This document shows, piece after piece, positions 1-9,246 of a DNA stretch of 64,000 nt. Source of the stretch: Eubacteriales bacterium. Its GTDB lineage: Bacteria > Bacillota > Clostridia > Christensenellales > UBA1750. The stretch lies in the NCBI GenBank assembly GCA_031551255.1, contig JAVBNW010000045.1:63430-127429 (forward strand), given 5' to 3'. The translations under genes were made by a program, and so were the position numbers. The notes under the pieces are model-generated. The model had not been told where the DNA came from. It was given only the letters and a program-made list of their open reading frames with translations, and searched no databases. Numbering within the stretch: position 1 is the first letter of the stretch; each line of letters opens with the position of its first letter.

Positions 1-583
1 TGAGGTTTCCGAATACGACCTTATCCCTAAGATCGTCGCTGATGCGAAAAATGCCCGGTTCGACCGGTTTAAAGTAGCGCTTTTTGTATTGTTCGGGGAG
101 AAGCTTCATTTCTTCCTCGGGATAAATGCCCTTGCGCGCGAGGCCTAGAACATTTTCGGAAATGTCGGTTGCTAAAATGGTCGTATCCCATTGGGAGAGG
201 GCACTGCCGAAATATTCGTTTACCACCATGGCGGCGGTATAGGCTTCTTCGCCGGAGGAGCAGCCTGCGCTCCATATGCGCAAGTCCTTATCCTTGATGT
301 GCGGCGCCCACTCGGGCAGCACCTTGTCGCGCAGAAAGCGGTAGTGCTGCTCCTCGCGCATGAAGTACGTATAATTGGTGGAAAGGCGGGAGATTAATAG
401 CGCGATTTCTTCCGGATTTTTTAGAGCATAGTCGATATAGGAGGTAAAATCCGCAAAGCCTTTGCGCTGAATCATATTGCTGAGCCGGCCTTCGATGAGC
501 GTTATTTTTTTTTCAAGGTTGATCCCGTAATTATCCTTCATATAGTTCTTCAGGCGTTGAAAATCTCTTTCCTCAAGCTTCAA
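1..583 (-). CDS. cheR: Chemotaxis protein methyltransferase CheR; 3' end cut by the window edge
   Basis: Hand translation of the minus strand from TTG at 583-581. It is edge-truncated, so it is absent from the ORF track. Sequence: LKLEERDFQRLKNYMKDNYGINLEKKITLIEGRLSNMIQRKGF...LRIWSAGCSSGEEAYTAAMVVNEYF...ILATDISENVLGLARKGIYPEEE. The WSAGCSSGEE SAM-binding signature is CheR-typical, and cheW lies upstream on the same strand. Confidence 0.9.
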   Translation of the reverse strand, partial: MKLEERDFQRLKNYMKDNYGINLEKKITLIEGRLSNMIQRKGFADFTSYIDYALKNPEEIALLISRLSTNYTYFMREEQHYRFLRDKVLPEWAPHIKDKDLRIWSAGCSSGEEAYTAAMVVNEYFGSALSQWDTTILATDISENVLGLARKGIYPEEEMKLLPEQYKKRYFKPVEPGIFRISDDLRDKVVFGNL

Positions 584-921
584 TCACGTCACCCCATCAG
601 CGTAGATCGGCCCGGAAAAGCCATGCAAACCCACCCGCACTAAGTTTCTTTGGGCGGTTTCTTGAGCCTTGGCCAGGTAAACGCCGCCATAATCTTTTCT
701 CTTGCCCATACGGTATCCTATGCCGCCTTCTGCCTTTTTTTGCGCATTGCCCCGCGCCCGCGATGCGCAAGTTGGAGATGCACGGCCGTAGGCGGTGGGC
801 AATCCTCGGCGCCGTCGCACATCTATTTTGACGGTTCGCGGTATAAGCAACAAACGCCTGCTATGCGAAGCGGCGCCGAGCGGCAATGGCATTTTCGTGC
901 CCACGGGCTAGTTTTATGCGC

Positions 922-1413
922 CTATACCGGCCCGTTGGCGGAATCGGTGGGCAGTTCCCCGTCGTACACCAGCTTATGAATATCCAAAAGCAGCACGACG
1001 CTTTCGCCGCCCAGCTCGGCGATGGAGCTGACGTATTTGTTTTCGTTCATGGCCCCCATCCGGGGAGGTTTTGCCAGCGCCTCGGCGGAAATGGTGAGCA
1101 CTTCCCTTACCGAATCCACGATCATGCCGATGGATACCTCGTCCACGCTCACTACGATTACGCAAGTCCGCTCGTGGTAAGGCTCCGGAGCGCGGCCAAA
1201 GCGCATGTTGACATCGATTACCGGTACGATGGTGCCGCGCTGGTTGATGATGCCCTTGATAAAATCCGGAAGCCACGGCACCGGAGTAATGGCCTGTGCG
1301 GGGATGGGGATAATGTCTTTGACGAAGCTGATATCGATGCCCAGCTCGTTTCCGCCGCAGGAAAACGTAAGGTATTGCTCTAAGGCCGTTTCCTGCATGT
1401 CGATCGTGCTCAT
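922..1413 (-). CDS. cheW: Chemotaxis coupling protein CheW
   Basis: Track ORF 922..1560. The internal ATG at 1413 is preceded by GGAAGGAGAA. The 163-aa product reads MSTIDMQETALEQYLTFSCGGNELGIDISFVKDII...IKGIINQRGTIVPVIDVNMRFG...LLLDIHKL, which is CheW-like throughout. Confidence 0.92.
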   Translation of the reverse strand: MSTIDMQETALEQYLTFSCGGNELGIDISFVKDIIPIPAQAITPVPWLPDFIKGIINQRGTIVPVIDVNMRFGRAPEPYHERTCVIVVSVDEVSIGMIVDSVREVLTISAEALAKPPRMGAMNENKYVSSIAELGGESVVLLLDIHKLVYDGELPTDSANGPV

Positions 1414-1556
1414 GGCAGTTCTCCTTCCTAATTTGCCCCAAATGGACCGACTATGACTATATTGAATGACAAGGAAAGCTTTCACTCCGAGATGTGTGAG
1501 GATTCCGATGAATGAAGCGAAGCGGCAAAAGGGCGACGGCCAGCCCGCCGCGCCGG

Positions 1557-2006
1557 TCATAGATACATATCGACCAGCAACCCCCGAATATCGTCGACGA
1601 GATCTAGAACCTTTAGGTTATCCGCCTGTTCTTTGAGCACCTCTTCGGCAATGTCGTCCAAATGAACGTTGATTTTTTTGATCATCGCATAGACACGGTG
1701 TCTGCCGCGCGCATCAAAGGCATTGCTTTTTGTAAAGGCATAGGAATTGGAGACCGTTTCGTTGACGAGCTCGGTGATCATTTCGCGGTATTTTTGCAGT
1801 TCTTTGATATCCGCCCGCTTGCCGAGCAACTCGCCCTGCCGGGTGATAGCCCCGACAAGATCTTCAATATGCCTCCGATACCCTTCCTCGTTGAGCGTCG
1901 TCATATGGCGGTGAAATGCCAGCTGTTCCGGCGCGGGGCCGGCTCTTTCAGCTGCAGGATGTGGCTGTATTTCGCGAAGAGACAGGTTTACATCCGAAAC
2001 TTTCAT
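1557..2006 (-). CDS. DUF327 / YaaR-like protein
   Basis: Track ORF 1557..2186. ATG at 2006 follows AAGGGGGGA. The 149-aa product (MKVSDVNLSLREI...YREMITELVNETVSNSYAFTKSNAFDARGRHRVYAMIKKINVHLDDI) matches my recollection of the YaaR/DUF327 family, which is often found in flagellar/chemotaxis loci of Firmicutes. Confidence 0.65.
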   Translation of the reverse strand: MKVSDVNLSLREIQPHPAAERAGPAPEQLAFHRHMTTLNEEGYRRHIEDLVGAITRQGELLGKRADIKELQKYREMITELVNETVSNSYAFTKSNAFDARGRHRVYAMIKKINVHLDDIAEEVLKEQADNLKVLDLVDDIRGLLVDMYL

Positions 2007-2186
2007 GCGTATCCCCCCTTGATGGGTACACCTGCCGATTCTTCTATTATATACAAATCTGCCCGCAATCGCAAGTCGCGCATAGTGCAATGCCGCGCGT
2101 CCTATGCTACTGCGATGGACGTTAGCGTTTCCGTCGCCTTTTAAAGAAAATCGCCGGGTACGGCGGCGTTGCCGGGCTGCGGGCAA

Positions 2187-3293
2187 TTATCTCTTGAGCG
2201 CGAGTTCGTCCACCGAGCGTACGCTGCCTTCCGAGCGCGAGAGATACATGCACGCGACACAGCGCTCCGTAAGGCTTTTGAAGGTATCGCCGCTCCTGAG
2301 CGTCGCCGCTCCGACGCTCAGGGCGATGCGCCGGGGAATGCGGAAGGGATGCTCGGCGATAGCCTTGCGCAGGCGTTCCGCGAGTTCAACCGCTTCAAGA
2401 AGGCCTTCGCCGGGCAGAAGCACGCTGAATTCCTCGCCATCCAGCCTTGCAAACATAATGCCCTGCCCAACTACGCCGGAGAGCAGATGCGCGCACTCAA
2501 CCAATACGCTTTCCCCATGCACAAAGCCTTGCTCTACTTTGATCCCCTCGATGCCTTCCACGCTAAGTGCCAAAAGGGAGAGGGGGGCGCCGCTTTCTTG
2601 GGAGTGAGCGATGTGCGATATGATGCTTGCATCCAGCTGAAAGCGGCTGAATGCCCCGGTTAGCCTGTCGATTTGCGTAAGCTCTCTAAGCTCTCGCCTG
2701 CGCAGGTACTCGTTGCGGCGTTGGTATTGAACCCGATAGGTGCTGGCCGCGACAAATACATAGGCGACGCATAGATAGAAGGTGTTTCCGGCGATGTCTT
2801 TCGTTAGCGTGCCGTCCGCGCACATCAGCGACAGGCCGGCAAAGGATGCTATGGCCACGAGCGAGAGAAGAGCGCTGTTGATCCAGCGGTTGGGAATGTT
2901 AAGGATGGCGACCGCGATCAGCATGATGGCGACGACATGGTAGCCGTGGTGGTGGGGATGCATGTCGTAAATGATGAGAAGATACGCCGCGATCACCGTA
3001 AGCTCCGCCATGGAAACGAGAAGGAAGACCTCCAAGCCGGATTTTGTGCGCCATATGCCATAGGATGCCACCGCAACGGCCGCGACGATCGCACACCGAA
3101 AGGGAAGAGATAAAAGAAAGTGCGTGGGTTCGTGCCAATAATCGTACAGCGAAAGCGCAAAAAACACAAAGCCCGACATCACAATGCCCCAACGAAGGAA
3201 GCTGTGCGAGCGGCCGAATTCGGCGCGTCTGTATTCGCGCTCGACGGCCGCATCGCGAAACTCGCCGATTAGGTTGATATCTCTTGTCCACAT
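2187..3293 (-). CDS. Membrane-anchored GGDEF-domain protein with a degenerate active-site motif (DGEEF)
   Basis: 368-aa track ORF. The N-terminal half is hydrophobic with multiple TM segments. The C-terminus reads IDRLTGAFSRF...FARLDGEEFSVLLPG, so the first Gly of GG[DE]EF is replaced by Asp. Confidence 0.8.
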   Translation of the reverse strand: MWTRDINLIGEFRDAAVEREYRRAEFGRSHSFLRWGIVMSGFVFFALSLYDYWHEPTHFLLSLPFRCAIVAAVAVASYGIWRTKSGLEVFLLVSMAELTVIAAYLLIIYDMHPHHHGYHVVAIMLIAVAILNIPNRWINSALLSLVAIASFAGLSLMCADGTLTKDIAGNTFYLCVAYVFVAASTYRVQYQRRNEYLRRRELRELTQIDRLTGAFSRFQLDASIISHIAHSQESGAPLSLLALSVEGIEGIKVEQGFVHGESVLVECAHLLSGVVGQGIMFARLDGEEFSVLLPGEGLLEAVELAERLRKAIAEHPFRIPRRIALSVGAATLRSGDTFKSLTERCVACMYLSRSEGSVRSVDELALKR

Positions 3294-3310
3294 GGGTGCG
3301 GCTGATTGCG

Positions 3311-4777
3311 CTATGCGTACAGCGCGGCGAGAGCGTAAGCCCTCTCGTGCACGGTTTTGCCTGCGGGCTCGATGGTTTCACCGAGCGTAAGCATCTGCCC
3401 GGTTTCCCAGGTCGGCCATGCCGCGCCGGGAATTTCCGGCGCGCCGGTGCGGGCAAACGAGGCAAACGCCTGCAAAATCTTGTCCGACAGCGTGCGGTCG
3501 CATTCTCGCCACGGCCGCGGGATTTTATCCAGGGTGCCAAACACATAGGCCAGTTCGCTGGAATGAAACGCGCCGATAAAGGAGCCGTTAAGCCCTGGCG
3601 GGCTCATCGCGAAGCGGTAGCCATATGCGGCGCGCCCGTTTTTTGTGGCGGCATCGAGCAGCCCCGCCGCGCCTAAATACGATTCGTCCGCCGAAAGCGC
3701 CATGGTCATTTGGACGGTTTCGCGATCGTCTCGCGCGGGGTACAGCGAAAGTATTTTCTCCGCCAGGTCTCCCGCCGCCGCTTTAACGCGGGCGCGATAG
3801 TCTTCGATCGCCATGCGGCTCTGAGGGGTGTAGCCCGCGCCGGATTCGTTGGCGGCGTAGCCGGCCATCACGGGCACCCGAAGGCAATTGCCCTTTAGGA
3901 TGGCATCCGCGGGGGAAGAGGGCAGCGCCCACCCTCCGCCAAGCGGCATCGTGCGGCGGCTTCGTTGGAACTCTAGGATATTCTCTATCCGCATCGCCCT
4001 CAAATCCTTGGCGGATGTGATACCGACGGCGGCCAGGTCGCGCGCATAGTCGTCCCGGGTCTTTTCATAAGAAAGGGGTTTTGAGCCGGGTGAGAACGCC
4101 ATGGAACCGGATTGGACGATCGCCCGGTGCATCAATCCCCGCGCATCGGGCGAGGCGATCATGTCGATGACGCTCATGCCGCCCGCGGACTGGCCGAATG
4201 CCGTTACGCAATCGGGATCTCCGCCAAAGGCGGCGATGTTTTCGCGCACCCATACAAGGGCCGCAATCTGATCGAGCAGGCCATAGTTGCCGCTTACGCC
4301 GCCTTCAGCCTCGGCTTCCAGTGCGGGGTGCGCAAGGTACCCAAGCAGGCCCAGGCGGTAGTTGGCGGTGACGACCACCACGCCCTTGGCGGCGAGCCTT
4401 GCCCCGTCAAACACCGGGTCGGAGCCCGCGCCATGGTTGAACGCGCCCCCGTGAAACCACACCATCACCGGCAATTTCGCCATAGATCCGGCATCCGGCG
4501 TCCAGATGTTCAGGTTGAGACAGCCCTCTTCGTCCTTCGGGCCGTAGATAAACGGAAATTCCTTTTGATAAAAGCCGTTCGGATCCCGGTCGTCCTGCGG
4601 GGGCACGCTGCCAAAGCGCGAGGCATCCCGCTCGCCAACCCAGCTTTCGGGCGGGGCGGGGGGAGCATACCTGCGCGCTCCGCAAGGAGAGGCGGCAAAG
4701 GGCACGCCTAAAAACGCGTGGATATTTCCGGGCAGGCTAAGCCCGCGCAGCTTGCCGTATTTCGTCGCGATCAGCAT
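3311..4777 (-). CDS. Type-B carboxylesterase (para-nitrobenzyl esterase-like)
   Basis: 488-aa ORF: YGKLRG...FLGVPFAASP...WFHGGAFNHG...AFGQSAGGMSV (GxSxG nucleophile elbow). Its start overlaps the GH42 stop by 7 nt. Confidence 0.88.
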   Translation of the reverse strand: MLIATKYGKLRGLSLPGNIHAFLGVPFAASPCGARRYAPPAPPESWVGERDASRFGSVPPQDDRDPNGFYQKEFPFIYGPKDEEGCLNLNIWTPDAGSMAKLPVMVWFHGGAFNHGAGSDPVFDGARLAAKGVVVVTANYRLGLLGYLAHPALEAEAEGGVSGNYGLLDQIAALVWVRENIAAFGGDPDCVTAFGQSAGGMSVIDMIASPDARGLMHRAIVQSGSMAFSPGSKPLSYEKTRDDYARDLAAVGITSAKDLRAMRIENILEFQRSRRTMPLGGGWALPSSPADAILKGNCLRVPVMAGYAANESGAGYTPQSRMAIEDYRARVKAAAGDLAEKILSLYPARDDRETVQMTMALSADESYLGAAGLLDAATKNGRAAYGYRFAMSPPGLNGSFIGAFHSSELAYVFGTLDKIPRPWRECDRTLSDKILQAFASFARTGAPEIPGAAWPTWETGQMLTLGETIEPAGKTVHERAYALAALYA

Positions 4778-6804
4778 AGCACCATCACCCCATATCCCAA
4801 TAACATCGTCTTCCCGTCCACCGCCTCTCCGGAGAGCACGTCCTTCGCCGGACGCTTGGCGGTAAATTCCTGTGCGTCCGGCAGGTAGTTCAGCAAGAAC
4901 GCATACGCCTTTCCATTCTGCTCGCGCACGACAAGTTCGATGCCTTCAGGCAACGCAAGCATATCATCAAGGGGCTGCTTTGCGCCCAGCTTGCGAAGGA
5001 ATATGCCCGCCGCCTGCGCGCTGAAGCCCGCGCCGAAGTACAGCGCCTCGCCCTTGCCCAGCGCCTTGCGCACCAAAGCGGGCTTTCCGTCGTAATAGTT
5101 TCCCTTAAACCGGGCCAGCGTTTCGCCGCCATGGGGCGCGAGAATGTCGTTAAACTGCGCAGCCTCCATCAGCTCACCATCCCACAGCGCGTGTTCGGGC
5201 GCGTCGTTCGGGCCGATAAAGGTAAAATCCTCGACCGTCGCGCCTACGAGCTCGGCCGCGGGGCCGGGCATCGGGCGCATGGGGCAGTGCCCGCGCTCGT
5301 CTTTGTAGCCGGTGCGCGCGCCGAACACCAACTTGCCGCCCGCCTCGCAATATGCCTTCAGAAGGGCACAGGTTTTTTCGGTGAGGATCGTCGCGTGCGG
5401 ATAGAACAAGATTTCGTAGCGCGATAGCTCTTCGAGCGAAGTGGTCGGCTGCAAGTACAAAATATCCAGCGGTATGTGCGCAAGCTGCGCGGCGGTGTAG
5501 ATGCCCTTTTCGCTTTCTCTGCGCAGCGGGCCGTGCCACTGGTCGAGCCCGCCATCCCACAGGTTGTCGTAATCGCACACCAAGGCTACCTTTGCCGCTA
5601 CCTTCGAGCCCGCAAGATGCTCTATGTTCGCGAGCTCGCCGCTGAGCTTTTGAAGTTCGCCTAAGCGGCGATTGGGCAGATTGTCGTAGTTGTTCAGGCC
5701 GTGCCAGTAGATTTCGGTGCCGAACGCCGCCGTGCGCCAGCGGAAGAACGACACAAAATCTGCGCCGTGCGCGAAGGATTGCAGCGCCCACAGGCGCATC
5801 TGGCCCGGCTTGGGCGAGGGGCCCGCCATGCGGCACGTCCACCCTCCGGGACCGGCCTGCTGCTCCATCACGCCAAAGCCCGGGGAGATGGAGCGCGCCA
5901 GCGCCAGCTTCATCGAATAGCCCCGATCGTTGAGGTGCTTGTCGTGCTTGGGATCCGTGCCCAGGTTGTAGGCGAAGTTGGGGTAGCTGTCGTAGGTGAT
6001 CACGTTAAGCGCTTCGCGCGTCATGCGGTGGCTGTCCAGGTTGCCGAACAGGCCGTTCGTAGTGATAAACTGCCCCTCTTTGAGCGTTGGGCGGATAATA
6101 TCCGCCTGCAGCTTGCAAAAAGAGATGGCGGATTCGGAGATAAAGCGCTTTTCATCCAGCGCCAAATGCGGGTTGGGTGCGATGTGCGGCGCGGGGCGGG
6201 TTAGATATACCTGCTCCCACGCGGTGTAGGTCTGGTTCCAGAATGCGGCGCCCCAAGCGTCATTGAGCCTGTCGAGCGTGCCGTACTTTTTGCGCAGAAA
6301 CTCCCTAAAAGCCGCGTGATCCGCGTCGGAATAGAACACGTCCACCTCGCAGTTGAGCTCGTTGTCGATCTGCCAGCCCCACAGCGCCGGGTGAGCTTGG
6401 TAATGATCCGCCATCTTGCCCACGATGCGCGCGCAGAAATCCCGGTATATCGGCGCGTTGTAGTTGTAGTGGCGGCGCACGCCGTGACGGAATTTTACGC
6501 CCTGCACGTCGGCATTGAGCACCTCGGGGTATTTTTCCGTCAGCCACGCGGGCGGGGTGGCGGTGGGGGTACCCAAGATCACTTTCAGGCCGTTTTCGTG
6601 CGCGAGATCCATCGCCCGGTCGAACCAGCCGATGGTGAATACGCCCTCCTCGGGCTCCATCAGGTTCCACGCGAATTCCGCCATCCGCACGGCATAAAGG
6701 CCGTGCTCGCGCATCCTGCGAAAGTCGTCTTCCCATAGGTTGCAGGGCCAGTGTTCGGGATAGTAGCATACGCCCAGTTTCAGGCTGTCAAGCGAAAGAC
6801 CCAT
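4771..6804 (-). CDS. GH42 family beta-galactosidase
   Basis: 677-aa ORF: GVCYYPEHWP...MAEFAWNLMEPEEGVF...GTPTATPPAWL...WQIDNELNCE, which are characteristic GH42 N-terminal catalytic-barrel motifs. RBS is AAGGAGGAACA. Confidence 0.9.
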   Translation of the reverse strand: MGLSLDSLKLGVCYYPEHWPCNLWEDDFRRMREHGLYAVRMAEFAWNLMEPEEGVFTIGWFDRAMDLAHENGLKVILGTPTATPPAWLTEKYPEVLNADVQGVKFRHGVRRHYNYNAPIYRDFCARIVGKMADHYQAHPALWGWQIDNELNCEVDVFYSDADHAAFREFLRKKYGTLDRLNDAWGAAFWNQTYTAWEQVYLTRPAPHIAPNPHLALDEKRFISESAISFCKLQADIIRPTLKEGQFITTNGLFGNLDSHRMTREALNVITYDSYPNFAYNLGTDPKHDKHLNDRGYSMKLALARSISPGFGVMEQQAGPGGWTCRMAGPSPKPGQMRLWALQSFAHGADFVSFFRWRTAAFGTEIYWHGLNNYDNLPNRRLGELQKLSGELANIEHLAGSKVAAKVALVCDYDNLWDGGLDQWHGPLRRESEKGIYTAAQLAHIPLDILYLQPTTSLEELSRYEILFYPHATILTEKTCALLKAYCEAGGKLVFGARTGYKDERGHCPMRPMPGPAAELVGATVEDFTFIGPNDAPEHALWDGELMEAAQFNDILAPHGGETLARFKGNYYDGKPALVRKALGKGEALYFGAGFSAQAAGIFLRKLGAKQPLDDMLALPEGIELVVREQNGKAYAFLLNYLPDAQEFTAKRPAKDVLSGEAVDGKTMLLGYGVMVLC

Positions 6805-6917
6805 GGCTGTTCCTCCTTATTGTATGCCGCGTCGCGCGCCGCGCCCTTTTATGGGAATGATAAAGTAACGACAGTATAGCATACACCGCGCGCGCGCGCA
6901 CCGGCGCAGGATGATTC

Positions 6918-6946
6918 TTGCCCGATTGTCGCAAAAATGATACAAT
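6918..6946 (+). promoter_or_regulatory. Sigma-A-type promoter candidate upstream of the 7152 gene
   Basis: TTGCCC (6918-6923), a 17-nt spacer, then TGaTACAAT (extended -10; hexamer at 6941-6946). Confidence 0.45.
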
Positions 6947-7151
6947 ATAGTCTCCGAACCATAAAACATATGCATGGGAGCGGCCAGTTTTTCTGCGTCA
7001 TGGCGCTGTTGCACCAAGCAGGCCGTCCGGCCCGCTTTCGTCCCGCGCCGTACCGCGTAAAAGCATGTTTGCTCCTCCGCGTCCGTTTTGAAGTTCGATA
7101 ACTATAAACGGGGTTTTCAAACACACATAAATTGAATAGGGAAGTGTTTTC

Positions 7152-8066
7152 ATGGCGAACGCCAGGCTTACCGCGCTATGTCAGACGCCAGGGTGGCGGC
7201 TGGAGGACAACATCGCCCACGGCATCCGAAGCGGCTACGCATTCAACATTTCGGCGCCCTCTAATTTCGTGATTACAATGTTTCTGCCGGAAAGCTTTGA
7301 AGCCGGGCCGCTCGTCGGCGGCATGAAAAAGGCGAGGAAACAGCTTGGTATCGTAAATCTGGCAACCGGAAAGAAAGGCGTTTTGACGATTACGCTGCGC
7401 GCTGTGCGCGGCAACGCGCAGGCTGCCGCGGCGGCGCTGCTCCAGCGCGTCGACGGCATCGCGGGTTATCTTTACAATGCGGGCGTTCCGCACGATTGCT
7501 GCGCGCTGTGCGGCAAGGGAGAGGCTACCGGCGCGGTGCTTTTGCGCGGCAACCTCGTGCGCGCGCACACCGAGTGCGTTGAGCAAAAGCTTGCGCAGCA
7601 ACAGGAAAAAGAGATCGACCAAGGCCCTTCCCACCGCTACCTGCTCGGGTTCATCGGCGCGCTGCTGGGCGCGGCGGTCGGCGCAATTCCGTGGGTGGTG
7701 GTCAGCGTAATGGGTTTTGTGTCGGCATATCTCGCGGTGTTGATTGCGATTTGTGCGCACTTTGGCTATAAGCTCTTTACCGGCAAACGTTACGGGCCTT
7801 TTACGCGTCCGCTCGTGCTGCTGGCCTCCTTGGTTGGACTTGCGCTGTGCGTTGTATTAGAATTCGGGTTTTACTATGTTATGGAGATGGGCGCAGCGCC
7901 CGCTTCCGTGGCTGAGTTTGGGAGCTATCTGGAGTTCTACATCGCGGATGTTCTGATGCAGTGCATGTATACCGCCATCTTTGGCCTGTTGGGCATTGTT
8001 CTCTCGTGGAAAATGGTGCCCAAGAACCAGGAGATGGCCAGGGAATACCGCGAATATTCGATGTAA
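7152..8066 (+). CDS. Hypothetical membrane protein: N-terminal soluble domain with a Cys cluster, C-terminal multi-TM region
   Basis: 304-aa ORF. It contains CCALCGKGEATGAVLLRGNLVRAHTEC (zinc-ribbon-like) followed by at least 4 hydrophobic segments. I recognise no family. Confidence 0.6.
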   Translation: MANARLTALCQTPGWRLEDNIAHGIRSGYAFNISAPSNFVITMFLPESFEAGPLVGGMKKARKQLGIVNLATGKKGVLTITLRAVRGNAQAAAAALLQRVDGIAGYLYNAGVPHDCCALCGKGEATGAVLLRGNLVRAHTECVEQKLAQQQEKEIDQGPSHRYLLGFIGALLGAAVGAIPWVVVSVMGFVSAYLAVLIAICAHFGYKLFTGKRYGPFTRPLVLLASLVGLALCVVLEFGFYYVMEMGAAPASVAEFGSYLEFYIADVLMQCMYTAIFGLLGIVLSWKMVPKNQEMAREYREYSM

Positions 8067-8110
8067 ACTGGCATGGGCCGGGGGCAAAAGCTTCCGGCTT
8101 TTATCGTTAC

Positions 8111-8253
8111 CGACCCCCAAAACACGCAAGTCCAGCGACGGATCGGTTCCCCTCACTTTGTCAGGCTCAGTCGCCATAGCTATGGCTATGCCTCCTTCGC
8201 CTTCCTCGCGAGGAAAACCTCCTGTTCGCTGTCTTTTGAGCGTTTTGGGGTTC
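8111..8253. repeat. Imperfect ~18-bp inverted repeat (CCGAcCCCCAAAAC..GC / GC..GTTTTGGGGtTCGG) enclosing ~110 bp with internal palindromes
   Basis: The left arm lies around 8111-8128 and the right arm around 8236-8253. Internal perfect palindromes are GCCATAGCTATGGC and TTCCTCGCGAGGAA. The element occupies the gap between the 7152 gene and the next gene. Confidence 0.5.
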
Positions 8254-8282
8254 GGAGACTATATCATGAACGAGATGGGAGG

Positions 8283-9218
8283 GTGAGATCGTTGTACGAC
8301 TATGGCTTAACCCGGTTTGTCCGCGCGATCGAGGAGCGCAAGCTCAGCCTGTACGGCGCGCTGGTGCATCAGCACGGAAGGAATGTTGGAGAAGTCCACT
8401 GGGTGAACGACCAGCCGCAAAACCTATACTCGCTGTCAAAATCCTTTGCGTCCACGGCCATCGGCATCGCGGTAGAGGAGGGCCTGATCAAGCTGACCGA
8501 CCGCGCGGTGGATATTCTGGCCGCCGACGAGCCCAAGGAAGTATCCGAGCGCCTTTCCAAAATGACGCTTCACGATGTTTTGATCATGGCCGGCGGACAC
8601 GACCGCTCCTATCTCCTCGCGGCGGAGCGCGCACAGCTTCGGCGCAAGGATTGGGTGCGCTATTACCTTGAGCAGCCGATGGCCTTTGAGCCGGGCGAGC
8701 GGTTTGTGTACGACACGGGCAATACCTATCTGGCGTCGGCCATGCTTAAGGCCGTCGCCGGGGAGACGCTTCTCTCCTACGCGATGCCGCGCCTGTTTGA
8801 GCCGCTGGGCATCGCCCCGCCCAGGTGGGACGCCTGCCCGCGAGGCATAACGCTCGGCGGCGCGGGGCTATACCTCACTCTCCAAGATGTCGCGAAGCTG
8901 GGCCTTTTGTATTTGAACAAGGGCATGTGGAACGGCCGGCGCATCGTAAGCGAGGATTGGGTCAAGCGCGCGTCGCAAAAGCACATCGATACGTTTGACG
9001 GCCCGCCCGAGCACGACGGGCACTATGGCTATGGCTATCAGTTCTGGCGGGGCAACCACGGAACGTACCGCGGGGACGGCGCGTACGGCCAGTTTTGCAT
9101 CGTGTTGCCCGAGTGGGACGCGGTGGTGACGATCCACTCGCGCGAGTACTACAATATCATGGCCATTCTCCAGGCGGTGTGGGATACGATCCTGCCCGAT
9201 CTTCAGGATAATATGTAG
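8283..9218 (+). CDS. Beta-lactamase-fold serine hydrolase (class C / PBP4*-like)
   Basis: Track ORF 8073..9218, whose first ~70 codons run through the repeat element above. GGGAGGG precedes an in-frame GTG at 8283 (a TTG at 8292 is also possible). SxxK motif in LYSLSKSFASTAIGIAVEEG. Confidence 0.75.
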   Translation: MRSLYDYGLTRFVRAIEERKLSLYGALVHQHGRNVGEVHWVNDQPQNLYSLSKSFASTAIGIAVEEGLIKLTDRAVDILAADEPKEVSERLSKMTLHDVLIMAGGHDRSYLLAAERAQLRRKDWVRYYLEQPMAFEPGERFVYDTGNTYLASAMLKAVAGETLLSYAMPRLFEPLGIAPPRWDACPRGITLGGAGLYLTLQDVAKLGLLYLNKGMWNGRRIVSEDWVKRASQKHIDTFDGPPEHDGHYGYGYQFWRGNHGTYRGDGAYGQFCIVLPEWDAVVTIHSREYYNIMAILQAVWDTILPDLQDNM

Positions 9219-9246
9219 CTTCGTCGGTTTGCATTGCGCTCGATCG

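Noticed and set aside
584-904. 106-aa minus-strand ORF between cheW and cheR
   Set aside because: It is Arg-rich and low-complexity, has no RBS, and lies in repeat-containing spacer.
6966-7097. 43-codon upstream ORF (MHGSGQFFCVMALL...) in the leader of the 7152 gene
   Set aside because: It has no RBS and an implausible composition, so it is probably just 5' UTR.
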